From Fimbriimonadia bacterium (GTDB lineage Bacteria > Armatimonadota > Fimbriimonadia > Fimbriimonadales > JABRVX01), in contig JBGPGO010000005.1 in the NCBI GenBank assembly GCA_041483895.1, positions 160,001 to 224,000 of the forward strand: a DNA stretch of 64,000 nucleotides, in the 5' to 3' direction. Below the pieces are notes generated by a model, which saw only the letters and a list, made by a program, of their open reading frames with translations, was not told the origin of the DNA and did no database searches. The position numbers and the translations under genes are program-made. The first letter of the stretch is position 1; every line of letters begins with the position of its first letter. Positions 19,745 through 30,018 of the stretch are shown one piece after another.

Positions 19745-19791
19745 TTGTTCAACCTCCACCGATCTGGACGAAGCGGGATCGATAACCGTCA

Positions 19792-19911
19792 GTAACGCTG
19801 CCTTCCAGCCGGCAGAGCAGCTTCATTCGTAACGCTGCCTTCCAAGCGGCACCAGTCCGAAACGATAATGCCGGCTGGAAGCCAGCGTTACGAATAAAGA
19901 GGCAGCGTTAC
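19792..19911. repeat. REP-like cluster, family A (4 copies)
   Basis: GTAACGCTGCCTTCCA(G/A)(C/G)CGGCA at 19792 and 19829; inverted copy at 19869; partial copy at 19901. Confidence 0.8.
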
Positions 19912-19939
19912 GGGTTGACACGACCGGCTACAATTGGGC

Positions 19940-22378
19940 ATGCCGACGATTGTCCCCGATCCGGAAATCACCACCGAAGTATATCGCGCGATGGGCCTGT
20001 CCGACGCCGAATACCAACTGATCTTGGACAAAGTCGGCCGGCCGCTCACCTACACGGAGCTCGGCATGTTCGCCGTGATGTGGAGCGAGCACTGCGGCTA
20101 CAAATGCTCCAAGAACGTGCTGAAGCTGTTCAAGCGCTACGCCGAGGCGGTGGACGGCGCGGGCCTGGAGAACGCCGGGATTGTGGATATCGGCGACGGA
20201 CTGGGAATTGTGATGAAGATGGAAAGTCACAACCACCCCAGCGCGGTGGAGCCACACAACGGCGCGGCGACCGGCGTGGGCGGAATTCTGCGAGACATAT
20301 TCACGATGGGCGCGCGGCCGATTGCCAGCCTCAACTCTTTGCGATTTGGGCCGATTACGCTGGATTCTTGCCGGCAGGATGCCAGCGTTACGACAGCGGA
20401 TTTTGGCCGGCAGGATGCCGGCGTTACGACACCCGGGGATGTCGAGCGGAATCGGTATCTGTTCGAGCATGTGGTCGCGGGGATCGGCGGGTATGGCAAC
20501 TGCGTGGGCGTGCCGACTGTGGGCGGCGAGGTGGTGTTCCATCCACGCTACAGCGGCCCGCTGGTAAACGCGATGGCGGTGGGGATACTGCGGCTGGATT
20601 CGGTGGCCTCCGCCCGCGCGGAAGGGATTGGCAATCCGGTCATCTACGTCGGGTCGTCCACAGGGCGGGACGGCATCCACGGCGCGACATTTGCAAGCGA
20701 CACATTGGAAGAAGACAGCGCGGCCAGCCGGCCCAACGTGCAGATCGGCGATCCGTTTGCGGAAAAGCTGCTGATCGAGGCCACCCTGGAGGCGCTGGCA
20801 TCCGGCGATGTGGTGGCGATTCAAGACATGGGCGCGGCCGGGCTGACCTGCTCCACGTGCGAAATGTCGGCCAAGGGCGGAGTGGGGATGGAGATCGAGC
20901 TACGGCGCGTACCATTGCGCGAGCAGGACATGAGCGCGTACGAAATCATGCTGTCGGAAAGCCAGGAGCGGATGCTGCTAGTCGCGCGCGCGGGGCGGGA
21001 AGAGGCCGTCCGCGCGATCTTCCATAAGTGGGAGTTGAACGCGGAAGTGATCGGTCAAGTGATCGCCGACAACCACGTTCGGATCAAAGACAACGGACGA
21101 ATTGTGGCGGACTTGGAGGCGAAGCAGCTTGCGGACGAATGCCCGGCCTATGACCTACCCGCCGAAACGCCGGCCTATTCGCAGAAGGCGATTGCCTTTG
21201 ATGCTTCTAAGGTTCCGGAACCGGACGATTATGGCAAGGCACTGCTGCAACTGCTGTCTACCCCATCGATTGCGTCGAAACGATGGGTGTATGAGCAGTA
21301 TGACGTGTCTGTGCAGACGCAGACCGCCATCGGACCGGGCGCCGACGCTTCGGTTCTGGCGCCACGCGGAACGCGAAAAGGTATCGCGCTGGCGGTGGAT
21401 GGCAACGGGCGATACTGCTATTTTGATCCTCACGAGGGTGGGCGGCTAGCGGTGGCGGAGGCGGCGCGAAACGTGGCCTGCACCGGCGCGATGCCGCGTG
21501 CGATTACCGACTGTCTCAACTTCGGCGACCCAAACGATCCGCATGTGTATTGGCAGTTCAAGAACGCGGTGAAAGGGATTGCGGAGGCGGCGGACGCGCT
21601 CTGCACGCCTGTGATCAGCGGCAACGTCAGCTTCTACAATGAATCCCCTGGAGGGCGATGCTCCGTCATCGCCGGGGCGGTCGGCGATGACGGAGCATCG
21701 CCCTCCATCTTGCCGACGCCGACGATCGGCATGTTGGGCGTTTTGGAAGATGCTTCGCATCGGATCGGCTCCGCATTTGTGGGAGAGCGGGGTTTTATCT
21801 ATCTGCTGTGGGCGGATGTGGGAAATGTGCGCCACGAAGGGCTCGGCGCGAGCGAATATTTGGCGATCTGTCATGGCATCGAGGATGGTCTCCCGGCGCA
21901 TGCGCAGTTGGACAAGGAGGCCGCCGTGCATCGCTTTCTGGTGCGGGCGGCCGCGGAGGGTTGGATCGAGAGCGCGCACGATTGCTCGGACGGCGGTCTG
22001 GCGGTGGCGATCGCGGAATGCTGCATCGGCGGCCGGGCCGGGGCTCATGTGTCCCTGGAGGGCGACGCTCCGTCGTCGCCTGATTGGTTGCACAAGGAAC
22101 TGGAATCGGCGGCGAAGACACGCAAACCATTTACCTGGAGTCGATCGACGGCAGCGCTTCTGTTCGGCGAGTTCTCCCCTCGCATCATTCTCGGCACCAC
22201 TGCGCCGCTCGATTCCGAAGTCGCAAAAGACTTCGGCCTGCATCTGCGCTGCATTGGGGGCTACGATCGGCAAATCCAAGACCTGACCATAACAAACCAC
22301 CAGCAAGTGGTATCGGTGCGCATGCACGATGCGATCAATGCCTACGAGAAAGCAATCCCCAATATCATGGAGCATTAA
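19940..22378 (+). CDS. purL: Phosphoribosylformylglycinamidine synthase subunit PurL
   Basis: MWSEHC.YK, KMESHNHPS, GAATGVGGILRDI, QDMGAAGL, SESQERM, GNVSFYNE, HDCSDGG. Confidence 0.97.
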   Translation: MPTIVPDPEITTEVYRAMGLSDAEYQLILDKVGRPLTYTELGMFAVMWSEHCGYKCSKNVLKLFKRYAEAVDGAGLENAGIVDIGDGLGIVMKMESHNHPSAVEPHNGAATGVGGILRDIFTMGARPIASLNSLRFGPITLDSCRQDASVTTADFGRQDAGVTTPGDVERNRYLFEHVVAGIGGYGNCVGVPTVGGEVVFHPRYSGPLVNAMAVGILRLDSVASARAEGIGNPVIYVGSSTGRDGIHGATFASDTLEEDSAASRPNVQIGDPFAEKLLIEATLEALASGDVVAIQDMGAAGLTCSTCEMSAKGGVGMEIELRRVPLREQDMSAYEIMLSESQERMLLVARAGREEAVRAIFHKWELNAEVIGQVIADNHVRIKDNGRIVADLEAKQLADECPAYDLPAETPAYSQKAIAFDASKVPEPDDYGKALLQLLSTPSIASKRWVYEQYDVSVQTQTAIGPGADASVLAPRGTRKGIALAVDGNGRYCYFDPHEGGRLAVAEAARNVACTGAMPRAITDCLNFGDPNDPHVYWQFKNAVKGIAEAADALCTPVISGNVSFYNESPGGRCSVIAGAVGDDGASPSILPTPTIGMLGVLEDASHRIGSAFVGERGFIYLLWADVGNVRHEGLGASEYLAICHGIEDGLPAHAQLDKEAAVHRFLVRAAAEGWIESAHDCSDGGLAVAIAECCIGGRAGAHVSLEGDAPSSPDWLHKELESAAKTRKPFTWSRSTAALLFGEFSPRIILGTTAPLDSEVAKDFGLHLRCIGGYDRQIQDLTITNHQQVVSVRMHDAINAYEKAIPNIMEH
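20355..20430. repeat. Family A REP-like copies in frame in purL
   Basis: GCCGGCAGGATGCC(A/G)GCGTTAC twice plus a degenerate inverted copy; encodes SCRQDASVTTADFGRQDAGVTT. Confidence 0.8.
21650..21706. repeat. Family B REP doublet (25-bp perfect inverted repeat) in frame in purL
   Basis: GGAGGGCGATGCTCCGTCATCGCCG-N7-CGGCGATGACGGAGCATCGCCCTCC. Confidence 0.85.
22057..22080. repeat. Single family B REP copy in purL
   Basis: GGAGGGCGACGCTCCGTCGTCGCC; two substitutions relative to the 21650 copy; encodes EGDAPSSP. Confidence 0.75.
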
Positions 22379-23247
22379 GCAAGCCCTAGCTTCTTCGCCG
22401 CGGCAATGGCGTTCGCGAGGCAGCGTTTGACGCCCGGCACCGGATCGTCTGCCCCCGCTTCGTACTCGATCGCGACGAGGCCAGTAAAATGCACATCGAG
22501 CAGCGCGCGATAGACGCCTTCGATATCCAGGTCACCCTCGCCGACTACTTGCTCCGAGTTCGTGCCCTTCGTAAAGTCTTTGAGATGCACTCCGTGGACT
22601 CGATCACCGAAGGTTCTGATGGCGACGATCGGGTCCTCTTTCGACCGCAGATAGTGGCCGGTGTCAACGCATGCGCCGAATCGTTTCGTCCGGCCGTCGG
22701 TCGCCTCTTGCACGGCGGCAATTGTCCCATACCGGTGGCCGGGGCCATGATTGTGGATGCCGGTTTTGATGCCGAACTCGTCGCATAGATCGCAGACTTG
22801 CGGAATGGCCTCCGGATCGATATCGATGGTTAGAACCGGAATTCGCAGTCGGTGGGCGAACACGAAAACGGCGCGATTTTCCTCGGCGTTTTTGGTCATC
22901 TGCACCACCCCATGACTCAGGACCGTTATGCCGTTTTCACGTACTGGGATTTCGTATGACTTAATGCCGTCTTCACTCACTGTATGTTTCATGTGCGCGC
23001 CGGAAACATCAAGGTACTTAATTCCGATCTCGTGGGCCTTCGTCACCGCCTCCGGCCAAGAGTACGTTCGAAAAGAATAGGTCTGGAGGCCGATCTTCAA
23101 GGCTTTGACACCCTGTTCGGTGGGATTGTTTCGGAGCCGGTTTGCGCCGGACGCCCGGCTTTGTGCAATCCCGAGTCGCGACAATCCCATCGCCGCAGCG
23201 GTGCCGAGTCCCGCCGAGAGAATGTCTCTTCGCGTATAGGTATCCAT
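22375..23247 (-). CDS. Tat-exported sugar phosphate isomerase/epimerase (xylose isomerase-like TIM barrel)
   Basis: TRRDIL signal; GLQTYSFR, IHNHGP, CVDTGH, VHLKD, IEYE. Confidence 0.85.
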   Translation of the reverse strand: MDTYTRRDILSAGLGTAAAMGLSRLGIAQSRASGANRLRNNPTEQGVKALKIGLQTYSFRTYSWPEAVTKAHEIGIKYLDVSGAHMKHTVSEDGIKSYEIPVRENGITVLSHGVVQMTKNAEENRAVFVFAHRLRIPVLTIDIDPEAIPQVCDLCDEFGIKTGIHNHGPGHRYGTIAAVQEATDGRTKRFGACVDTGHYLRSKEDPIVAIRTFGDRVHGVHLKDFTKGTNSEQVVGEGDLDIEGVYRALLDVHFTGLVAIEYEAGADDPVPGVKRCLANAIAAAKKLGLA

Positions 23248-23296
23248 CGCATTCAAAGTTCTGGGAAGGGCGGCGGTGTCCTGTATACTTCAAGTC

Positions 23297-23692
23297 ATGA
23301 TCGAATATCGCTCCTCGCTCGCGGGGATCAACCCGGATGCCTTCGTCGGATTTGGCGTCGGGTGGCGCAAGCCGCTGACGCCTGAATTGCTGTATCGGGT
23401 GCTGACCGGCAGCGCACACGTGTGGCTAACCCTGGATGGCGAGCGCGTAGTCGGTTTCATCAACGCGATCTCCGACGGCTGCCTGATGGCCTACATCCCG
23501 CTATTGGAAGTGCTACCGGACTACCAAGATCGCGGCATCGGATCGGAACTAGTGCGTCGGATGCTCGAGACTCTTCACGACCTCTATGGGGTCGATCTCT
23601 GCTGCGATGCGAACGTCGCTCCCTTCTATGAGCGATTTGCCATGCAACGGGTGACAGGGATGGTCTTGCGCAACCCTGCACGAATCACTTGA
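23297..23692 (+). CDS. GNAT family N-acetyltransferase
   Basis: LEVLPDYQDRGIGSELV motif A; FYERF. Confidence 0.85.
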   Translation: MIEYRSSLAGINPDAFVGFGVGWRKPLTPELLYRVLTGSAHVWLTLDGERVVGFINAISDGCLMAYIPLLEVLPDYQDRGIGSELVRRMLETLHDLYGVDLCCDANVAPFYERFAMQRVTGMVLRNPARIT

Positions 23693-26063
23693 CCCGAAAG
23701 ATTGTGATCGAATAGGCTGGGAAATCGTGCTCGGACCGCGGGACCTTGAGATTGACCTTGTTAGTATGTGGAGCCAACTTCGCCGGACTATCGATGGTAT
23801 TTTCGTCGGTGGGTGATTCCGAAGACAGCACGGTCTGCGTACCACTCTTCGAATCGCCACCGCCTTCCAATTCAATCGTAGCGTGAACAGCGACTCCTGA
23901 CACGTTTACCACCTTAATGATCACCTCACCAGTCTTGTCAACCCTCCCGGCCACAGCGTAGAGCGGTGTGATCTGCGGGCATTCCACATCGTGGACCAGC
24001 TTGCCGTCCAGATAGCACCGGATGCGTTCACCGGAGAACTCGATCCGAATGTCATACCATCGCCCGCTCTCAATAGCGCCCGGAGCCTCCGCAATGATTG
24101 ATTTTGCGCCTGCGACGCACCGTTCGATGGCATGTTTGGTGTTCCCCCAGCCACCCAGATTCCACCAAAGGTAGTTCTGGTCATCCTCCATACCGACGGT
24201 TATCAAGAACCCCTCGGCGCCGCCGTTCTTTCGCGCCTTGAGCGTTATCGAATAGTTTGTTGAACCGTGCAACGTATGAAATGCGCGGGACGGTTCCGCA
24301 TCCGTTGTCTGCCGCAGCGCTCCATCCTGTGAACTCCAACCGCCGGGGCCACGCGTCAGCGAGCTGCCGTCCGCGCTTTCGTATAGTACGTCCGCCCCTT
24401 GGACAACCCGGATATCTTTGAACTCCGCCTGCGTGTGCCACGTGCCAACGCCGATCCCGCCGGGCGAAAATCGGGCCTTCGGAACAGAGGAATAGCTGAT
24501 ATCCATTGGCAGAATGACATCCGGACGGTTTTCGCTGAACAGCTTTTGCACATAGTACGACGGCGTGCCACAAACGCGATGGTTGTCGAAATAGATCAGG
24601 TCCGGATTCCACGTCTTGTGGTTGATGTTGGCGAACAACGGTGCATAAGAAGACATGATAACAACGTCAGAATTGCGCTCCATCCCGGTCATAAAGGCGG
24701 CCTCCCCAATCGCCGCGATCAGGTTCCCTTCCCCACAGCCCTGAGTAACCGCATATTCACCCACGTACACCTTCGGTCCCTTGCGATCATACTTATCATA
24801 GCGCGCAGCATTGTCGATGAAAAACTGGGGACTGCTATAGTAGTGTTCGTCGACAATATCCACGTTGGCATCCGGATAACCACCCCACACGTTTGCTATC
24901 AGATGCATGGTTGGATACCGTTCTTTGATAGCCTTATAGAACAACGGATATCTCTCATGATACGCCGGCCCGCCGTTTTCGTTGCCGATCTCCATATATT
25001 TCAGGCCAAACGGCTTCGGATTCCCGTTCTTCGCGCGCAGCGCACCCCATTTGCTAGTTGGAGGACCATTCGCATACTCGATCGCGTCAAGCGCGTCTTG
25101 CACAAATTCGTCCATATTGTCCATCGGCACGTTCTCTTTGTGCGACATGCCGCAATTGATCACAAAAAGCGGTTCCGCGCCCAAATCCTCACACATCTGC
25201 AGGTACTCATGATATCCCAGACCATTGGTGGACATATACTGCCACAAGTTGTACTGCGTGCGCCGATCAACTAAATCACCCACGGTGCGCTTCCATCGCT
25301 GAGAGGTCGCCATCGTGTCGCCCTCGACCCAACATCCGCCGGGAAAGCGCACGAAGGCAGGACGTAACTCCAATAGCATATCGGCGAGATCGGTCCGCAG
25401 ACCGTTGGACCGGCTGTTCCAAGTCCTTTTCGGAAAGAGAGAAACCATGTCCAGCCACACGGATCCATGACCGGAGGCCGCAATTACCAATCTTCCGCGC
25501 GTTGCATTCGCGGTCGGCTTCAGCGTCGCCCGAAACAGTCTCCACTCCTTCGTGATTCCACGAATAGTCGAATGGGCAATCGTCGTCCCTTCGTCGCCGC
25601 GCAAGAGCACCTCGACAGGAGCCGCCGTATCATCGCATCTTGCGTAGATCGAAAATTTGTACTCGTCGCCTTTTCGCGCGGCAATGCCCCAATATCCTTC
25701 ATTAATAATCTCAACTTTCCCGGAAGGAGGCAAACCGATGCGCAGCGATCTATGATTGCTCTGCGAAAGAGGCTTACTCGTGTCAACGGAGACTTCCGCG
25801 CCGCCCGGCTGAAAGCTCCAATGCTCCGGCTTTTCGCTATCTTCAAACGATCGGTTTCGCACCATCTCGGCGTACAATCCCCCATCCCCGGCGCAATTGA
25901 CTTCCTCGAAGAAAATTCCATACAGCGTGCGGCTGACGCGAATCCCCGGCTTTGTGGTATCGACGCGAATCGTTGCGGAAATTGGCTCGGATTGCATGGC
26001 GGCTCCGGCGGCTAGGATGGTGGCGAATAGAAAGTGCACGGCAAGCCGGTTCGCCAACTCCAC
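23685..26063 (-). CDS. Alpha-L-arabinofuranosidase (GH51) with an inserted beta-sandwich domain
   Basis: GIFFEEVN..GDGGLYAE, RFPGGC, EIGNEN, DEHYY, YVGEYA, SYAPL. Confidence 0.9.
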   Translation of the reverse strand: MELANRLAVHFLFATILAAGAAMQSEPISATIRVDTTKPGIRVSRTLYGIFFEEVNCAGDGGLYAEMVRNRSFEDSEKPEHWSFQPGGAEVSVDTSKPLSQSNHRSLRIGLPPSGKVEIINEGYWGIAARKGDEYKFSIYARCDDTAAPVEVLLRGDEGTTIAHSTIRGITKEWRLFRATLKPTANATRGRLVIAASGHGSVWLDMVSLFPKRTWNSRSNGLRTDLADMLLELRPAFVRFPGGCWVEGDTMATSQRWKRTVGDLVDRRTQYNLWQYMSTNGLGYHEYLQMCEDLGAEPLFVINCGMSHKENVPMDNMDEFVQDALDAIEYANGPPTSKWGALRAKNGNPKPFGLKYMEIGNENGGPAYHERYPLFYKAIKERYPTMHLIANVWGGYPDANVDIVDEHYYSSPQFFIDNAARYDKYDRKGPKVYVGEYAVTQGCGEGNLIAAIGEAAFMTGMERNSDVVIMSSYAPLFANINHKTWNPDLIYFDNHRVCGTPSYYVQKLFSENRPDVILPMDISYSSVPKARFSPGGIGVGTWHTQAEFKDIRVVQGADVLYESADGSSLTRGPGGWSSQDGALRQTTDAEPSRAFHTLHGSTNYSITLKARKNGGAEGFLITVGMEDDQNYLWWNLGGWGNTKHAIERCVAGAKSIIAEAPGAIESGRWYDIRIEFSGERIRCYLDGKLVHDVECPQITPLYAVAGRVDKTGEVIIKVVNVSGVAVHATIELEGGGDSKSGTQTVLSSESPTDENTIDSPAKLAPHTNKVNLKVPRSEHDFPAYSITIFRVK

Positions 26064-26093
26064 ACAAAATCCTTCCAGTGGTATGATCCTCGT

Positions 26094-28454
26094 ATGGCCA
26101 TCCTAATCGCCTTTCTACTCCAACTCGCCGTCCCGCGACAACTACCCAAGCTGGAAGAGATCCCGTTCACCCAAGTCAAAATCGCCGACAACTTCTGGGC
26201 GCCAAAGCAGGAAGTCAACCGCAAAGTCTCCATCCCACATCTGTTCCAGAAACTTGAAGAGGTGGGAACGATCCGGAACTTCGAACGCGCGGCCAAGGGC
26301 GAACACACGGGCTATGAGGGACTGATTTTCTCCGATTCCGATCTGTACAAGACAATCGAATCGGCCTCCTACTCGCTGGCCTCACATCCGGACAAAGCTT
26401 TGGATGCAAAGCTGGATGCGCTGATAGCAAAAATCGCCGCCGCGCAGATGCCGGACGGATATCTGGACACCTGGTTCCAGGTCAACGCGCCGGACAAACG
26501 TTGGACAAATCTGCGCGACACCCATGAACTATATTGCGCGGGCCACATGTTCGAGGCCGCGGTAGCTCACTATCAGGCGACGGGTAAAAGGACGTTCCTA
26601 AATGTGGCGATCAAGCTGGCCGACCTCATCGCCGAACGATTCGGTCCCGATAAGAAAATGGGCTACCCCGGCCATCCGGAATGCGAGCTGGCGCTTATGA
26701 AACTGTGGCACGCGACTGGGGACAAGAAATATTTCGAGCTCGCACGGTTCTTCATCGAAAATCGCGGCAGCCACTATTTCGCCACGGAGCACAACACGCC
26801 GCCGGATCGTTACGATGGCTCCTATTGGCAGGACGATGTGCCAATTCGCGATCACAATTCCATCGTCGGCCATGCCGTGCGCGCGGGCTATCTGTTTTCC
26901 GGCGCCACGGATGTGGCACGCGAAACGGACGATGAAGGTCTGCTGGCCATGCTCGAACGGGTGTGGAAGAACACCACGCAAAGGCGCATGTATGTTACCG
27001 GCGGGATGGGGCCGTCTGCCAGCAATGAGGGCTTCACCACCGACTACGATTTGCCTAACTTAACTGCCTATCAGGAGACCTGCGCATCGGTGGCTATGGT
27101 GCTATGGAATCATCGACTCAATCTGTTATATGGCAATGCAAAGTACGCTGATGTCATGGAGACGGCGCTCTACAATGGCATGCTGGCGGGCGTGTCATTG
27201 GATGGCAGCAAGTTTTTCTATGTCAATTCACTGGAGAGCAAAGGCAATCATCACCGATCGAGTTGGTTTGTCTGCGCCTGCTGCCCGCCCAACGAAACGC
27301 GAACATTAGCCTCGCTGGGCAGCTATATCTACGCGAAATCGAAAGACTCGCTATATGTTAATCTCTACGTCGCGGGAAGCGTTGAGACCACAATTGCTGA
27401 CAAAACGATCAAGATGGATGTTGAGACGAACTATCCGTGGAATGGAGCTGTAAAAATTGTTCTGAAATTAGAAAGGGCGATGCAATTCGCACTGCGTCTT
27501 CGCGCGCCCATCTGGAACGGCACTCCGAAGTCCGCATTCAAACCCTTTGTGAGCACACCGAGAATAAACGACGGATATCAGAAGGTGGAGATCAAGGACG
27601 GTTACTATGTCATAGACCGCATATGGAAGCCAAATGATATTGTTACATTTGATCTGCAAATGAAACCGCGAATGATAGTTTCCGATCCACGCGTCAAGGA
27701 CAACATCGGCCGCGTTGCATTGGCCAAAGGGCCGCTCATCTACTGCCTGGAGGCGTGTGACAATGTCGCGGCGTTTTCTTCTATCTACGTCAACACTGAG
27801 GAATCTATTTACGTGGGCGAGAACAAGGCACTTGGTGTTCAAACGCTTGAGTTCCCAGGCCGCGTCGCCGATGTCGCGCCGAGAAGAGGACTCTACAATT
27901 CCCCGGAGCCACCAACGACAAAACCAATCACCGCCATCCCCTACTACGCCTGGGACAATAGAAAACCCGGCGAAATGAAGGTCTGGATCCCCACTTCCCC
28001 GCCCCCACCCATCGTAGGTGGAGCGGAGTTGAGCGCAAAAGTAAACATGTCCTTCATCAGCGAAAACTGCTCCCCGTGGGCCATTAACGACGGCGTCGTC
28101 CCGGACAAATCCAACTCCCATCCCGGCGACCTCGCCCACTGGTGGCCTCACAAAGGCGGCCAGGAATGGGTGCAGTACACCTGGACCCAACCTGTAACCG
28201 TCAATGGCTCAAAAGTCTATTGGTTCGATGACACCGGCACCGGCGAATGCCGCTTCCCCGCCTCCTGGAAACTAGAGTACAAGGAAGGCGACGAGTGGAA
28301 GCCGATCGGGGCCAAATATGCGGTCGCGCCCGATAAATGGTGCGATGTCAGCTTCAAACCGATTAAAACAACCGCCCTCCGACTCATCGTTGACATGCAG
28401 CCCAACTGGGCCGCCGGCATCCATGAGTGGAAGGTGATCACCGAAGAAGACTAG
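26094..28454 (+). CDS. Beta-L-arabinofuranosidase (GH127) with a C-terminal F5/8-like module
   Basis: DSDLYK.IE, HELYCAGH, GHPECE, GHAVRA.Y, ETCAS, CACCPPN. Confidence 0.9.
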   Translation: MAILIAFLLQLAVPRQLPKLEEIPFTQVKIADNFWAPKQEVNRKVSIPHLFQKLEEVGTIRNFERAAKGEHTGYEGLIFSDSDLYKTIESASYSLASHPDKALDAKLDALIAKIAAAQMPDGYLDTWFQVNAPDKRWTNLRDTHELYCAGHMFEAAVAHYQATGKRTFLNVAIKLADLIAERFGPDKKMGYPGHPECELALMKLWHATGDKKYFELARFFIENRGSHYFATEHNTPPDRYDGSYWQDDVPIRDHNSIVGHAVRAGYLFSGATDVARETDDEGLLAMLERVWKNTTQRRMYVTGGMGPSASNEGFTTDYDLPNLTAYQETCASVAMVLWNHRLNLLYGNAKYADVMETALYNGMLAGVSLDGSKFFYVNSLESKGNHHRSSWFVCACCPPNETRTLASLGSYIYAKSKDSLYVNLYVAGSVETTIADKTIKMDVETNYPWNGAVKIVLKLERAMQFALRLRAPIWNGTPKSAFKPFVSTPRINDGYQKVEIKDGYYVIDRIWKPNDIVTFDLQMKPRMIVSDPRVKDNIGRVALAKGPLIYCLEACDNVAAFSSIYVNTEESIYVGENKALGVQTLEFPGRVADVAPRRGLYNSPEPPTTKPITAIPYYAWDNRKPGEMKVWIPTSPPPPIVGGAELSAKVNMSFISENCSPWAINDGVVPDKSNSHPGDLAHWWPHKGGQEWVQYTWTQPVTVNGSKVYWFDDTGTGECRFPASWKLEYKEGDEWKPIGAKYAVAPDKWCDVSFKPIKTTALRLIVDMQPNWAAGIHEWKVITEED

Positions 28455-28517
28455 ATACTCCTGGCGTGGCTGGAACCGCATATCGAGAACTCGCGTCAGT
28501 CGATTAGGAGGAGAACT

Positions 28518-28958
28518 ATGAAATTTCTAAACAAACCCGTTCATCTGATCATCATCAGCACTGGTCTGCTGATAATCGGAGCCGTTTCCTTCGTTGGATG
28601 CCGATCATCAGGCCCGCAAGATACTCTGAGAGTGAGGCGACTCGAAATAGTCGATGACAAAGGCAAGACCCAAGGAATTCTCTTTGCCGACAAAGACGGC
28701 GCCGTGCTGAGCCTTAACGACTCCGATGGAAAGCCCAGGATCGTAATTGCGGCAGGGGCGACGAAACCATCGCTGGAGATATACGACGCGACCGGAAAGG
28801 TCCGACTTATCGCCTCGGTCGAAAAGGACGGATCGGCTCTTGCAATCAATAACGGATCGGGAATACCGGTCGCCACGATCGGCTATTACCAAGACCAAAG
28901 CTGGGTCGCGGTAAACGACCCAGCCGGTAATCTCGTCGCGCGTCTTCCCGCGAAATAA
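28518..28958 (+). CDS. Hypothetical lipoprotein with ~22-aa beta repeats
   Basis: AGGAGG RBS; FVGC lipobox; repeated L.(I/L).D..GK.R. Confidence 0.7.
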   Translation: MKFLNKPVHLIIISTGLLIIGAVSFVGCRSSGPQDTLRVRRLEIVDDKGKTQGILFADKDGAVLSLNDSDGKPRIVIAAGATKPSLEIYDATGKVRLIASVEKDGSALAINNGSGIPVATIGYYQDQSWVAVNDPAGNLVARLPAK

Positions 28959-29444
28959 CTATCGATTCATCGCCGCAAGCACGCGTTGATAATTCGAGCT
29001 AGGGGCCGGTGCTGTCGTTACGGACGAAGCGCCTTGCCGCCCTCGTCCGCTCTGGCCAATCACAAGGCCCTCTCTATAGCCGCTCTTGTAGCCCTCCGCC
29101 ATGCCCTTGCGGTAGGCGGAACTGATCAGAGACTGGACCCGCGACGAGGATCCCAGGCTCTGGCTTGATGGAGCGGATGTCAGAGTGCGGTATTTCGCCG
29201 CAGCTTTTTCGCGCCGATGGCGGGCATTGATGTCGTCCTGCATTAGCTTCGTCGCATAGGCAGTGCCGCCCAGGCCCAAAACGCCAAGGACCCGCGTGTC
29301 GCGGCGAGATAGCAGGTACAGCGAACCAATTCCCAATCCATAGGCCGTATTTCGACGACCTTCCTCGCTGGCACGAACCGGCCCAGGGTACGGAACTATC
29401 ATCAGGCTTGCAAATAGAATGACAACTACGCTTCGATACTTCAT
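28959..29444 (-). CDS. Secreted hypothetical protein
   Basis: AGGAGG RBS; signal peptide; Gly-rich hydrophobic segments and GY..GY.EG. Confidence 0.7.
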   Translation of the reverse strand: MKYRSVVVILFASLMIVPYPGPVRASEEGRRNTAYGLGIGSLYLLSRRDTRVLGVLGLGGTAYATKLMQDDINARHRREKAAAKYRTLTSAPSSQSLGSSSRVQSLISSAYRKGMAEGYKSGYREGLVIGQSGRGRQGASSVTTAPAPSSNYQRVLAAMNR

Positions 29445-29534
29445 TGTCTTTCGCCTCCTATATGTCTTCCAATTAATCAGACTGGCAGTTGATAGATCGC
29501 GTCAGAAGAAAACGATCAGAAGCAACGACCAATT

Positions 29535-29969
29535 CTAAAGCTTGATGTCGGCGATTGCGGAAACGCCCACGCCATCAACGCGGTCGAGCGATTTACCAGG
29601 CGTCTTGGTAGAAATCGGCACGAGCGCCTTCAGCCGCAACGCCCGGCGCGCAAAATCGCCCTCGACCTGCCCAACGGCCTGCACCTTATCCACCTGGGCG
29701 ACTGGTCCCATCACCTGCGCGATGCCGACATAGCCGCCCTGACCGATGCTGAGAATCGGGACGATCTTGGTTTTCACAACATCCGTTGCCTTGAACTGGG
29801 TCAAACTGTTGATGCCCTTATCGATATCCTTGCCGAATTTGTCGGCCACAAGCACCGCTCCGCCCGCCTTGAGAGCCGCTCGGAACAGATCGTCGAACTG
29901 TCCGCTCGCAACTCCAAAAACGAGAAGCACAGAAAGTAAAACCGCAATTCTGGTGATCTTCGCTTTCAT
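29535..29969 (-). CDS. Secreted hypothetical protein
   Basis: GGAGG RBS; signal peptide; compact ORF. Confidence 0.75.
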   Translation of the reverse strand: MKAKITRIAVLLSVLLVFGVASGQFDDLFRAALKAGGAVLVADKFGKDIDKGINSLTQFKATDVVKTKIVPILSIGQGGYVGIAQVMGPVAQVDKVQAVGQVEGDFARRALRLKALVPISTKTPGKSLDRVDGVGVSAIADIKL

Positions 29970-30018
29970 TTTTCCCCTCCAATCAATAGACGCAACCGAG
30001 CGGGGTCAATGTTCCCAG

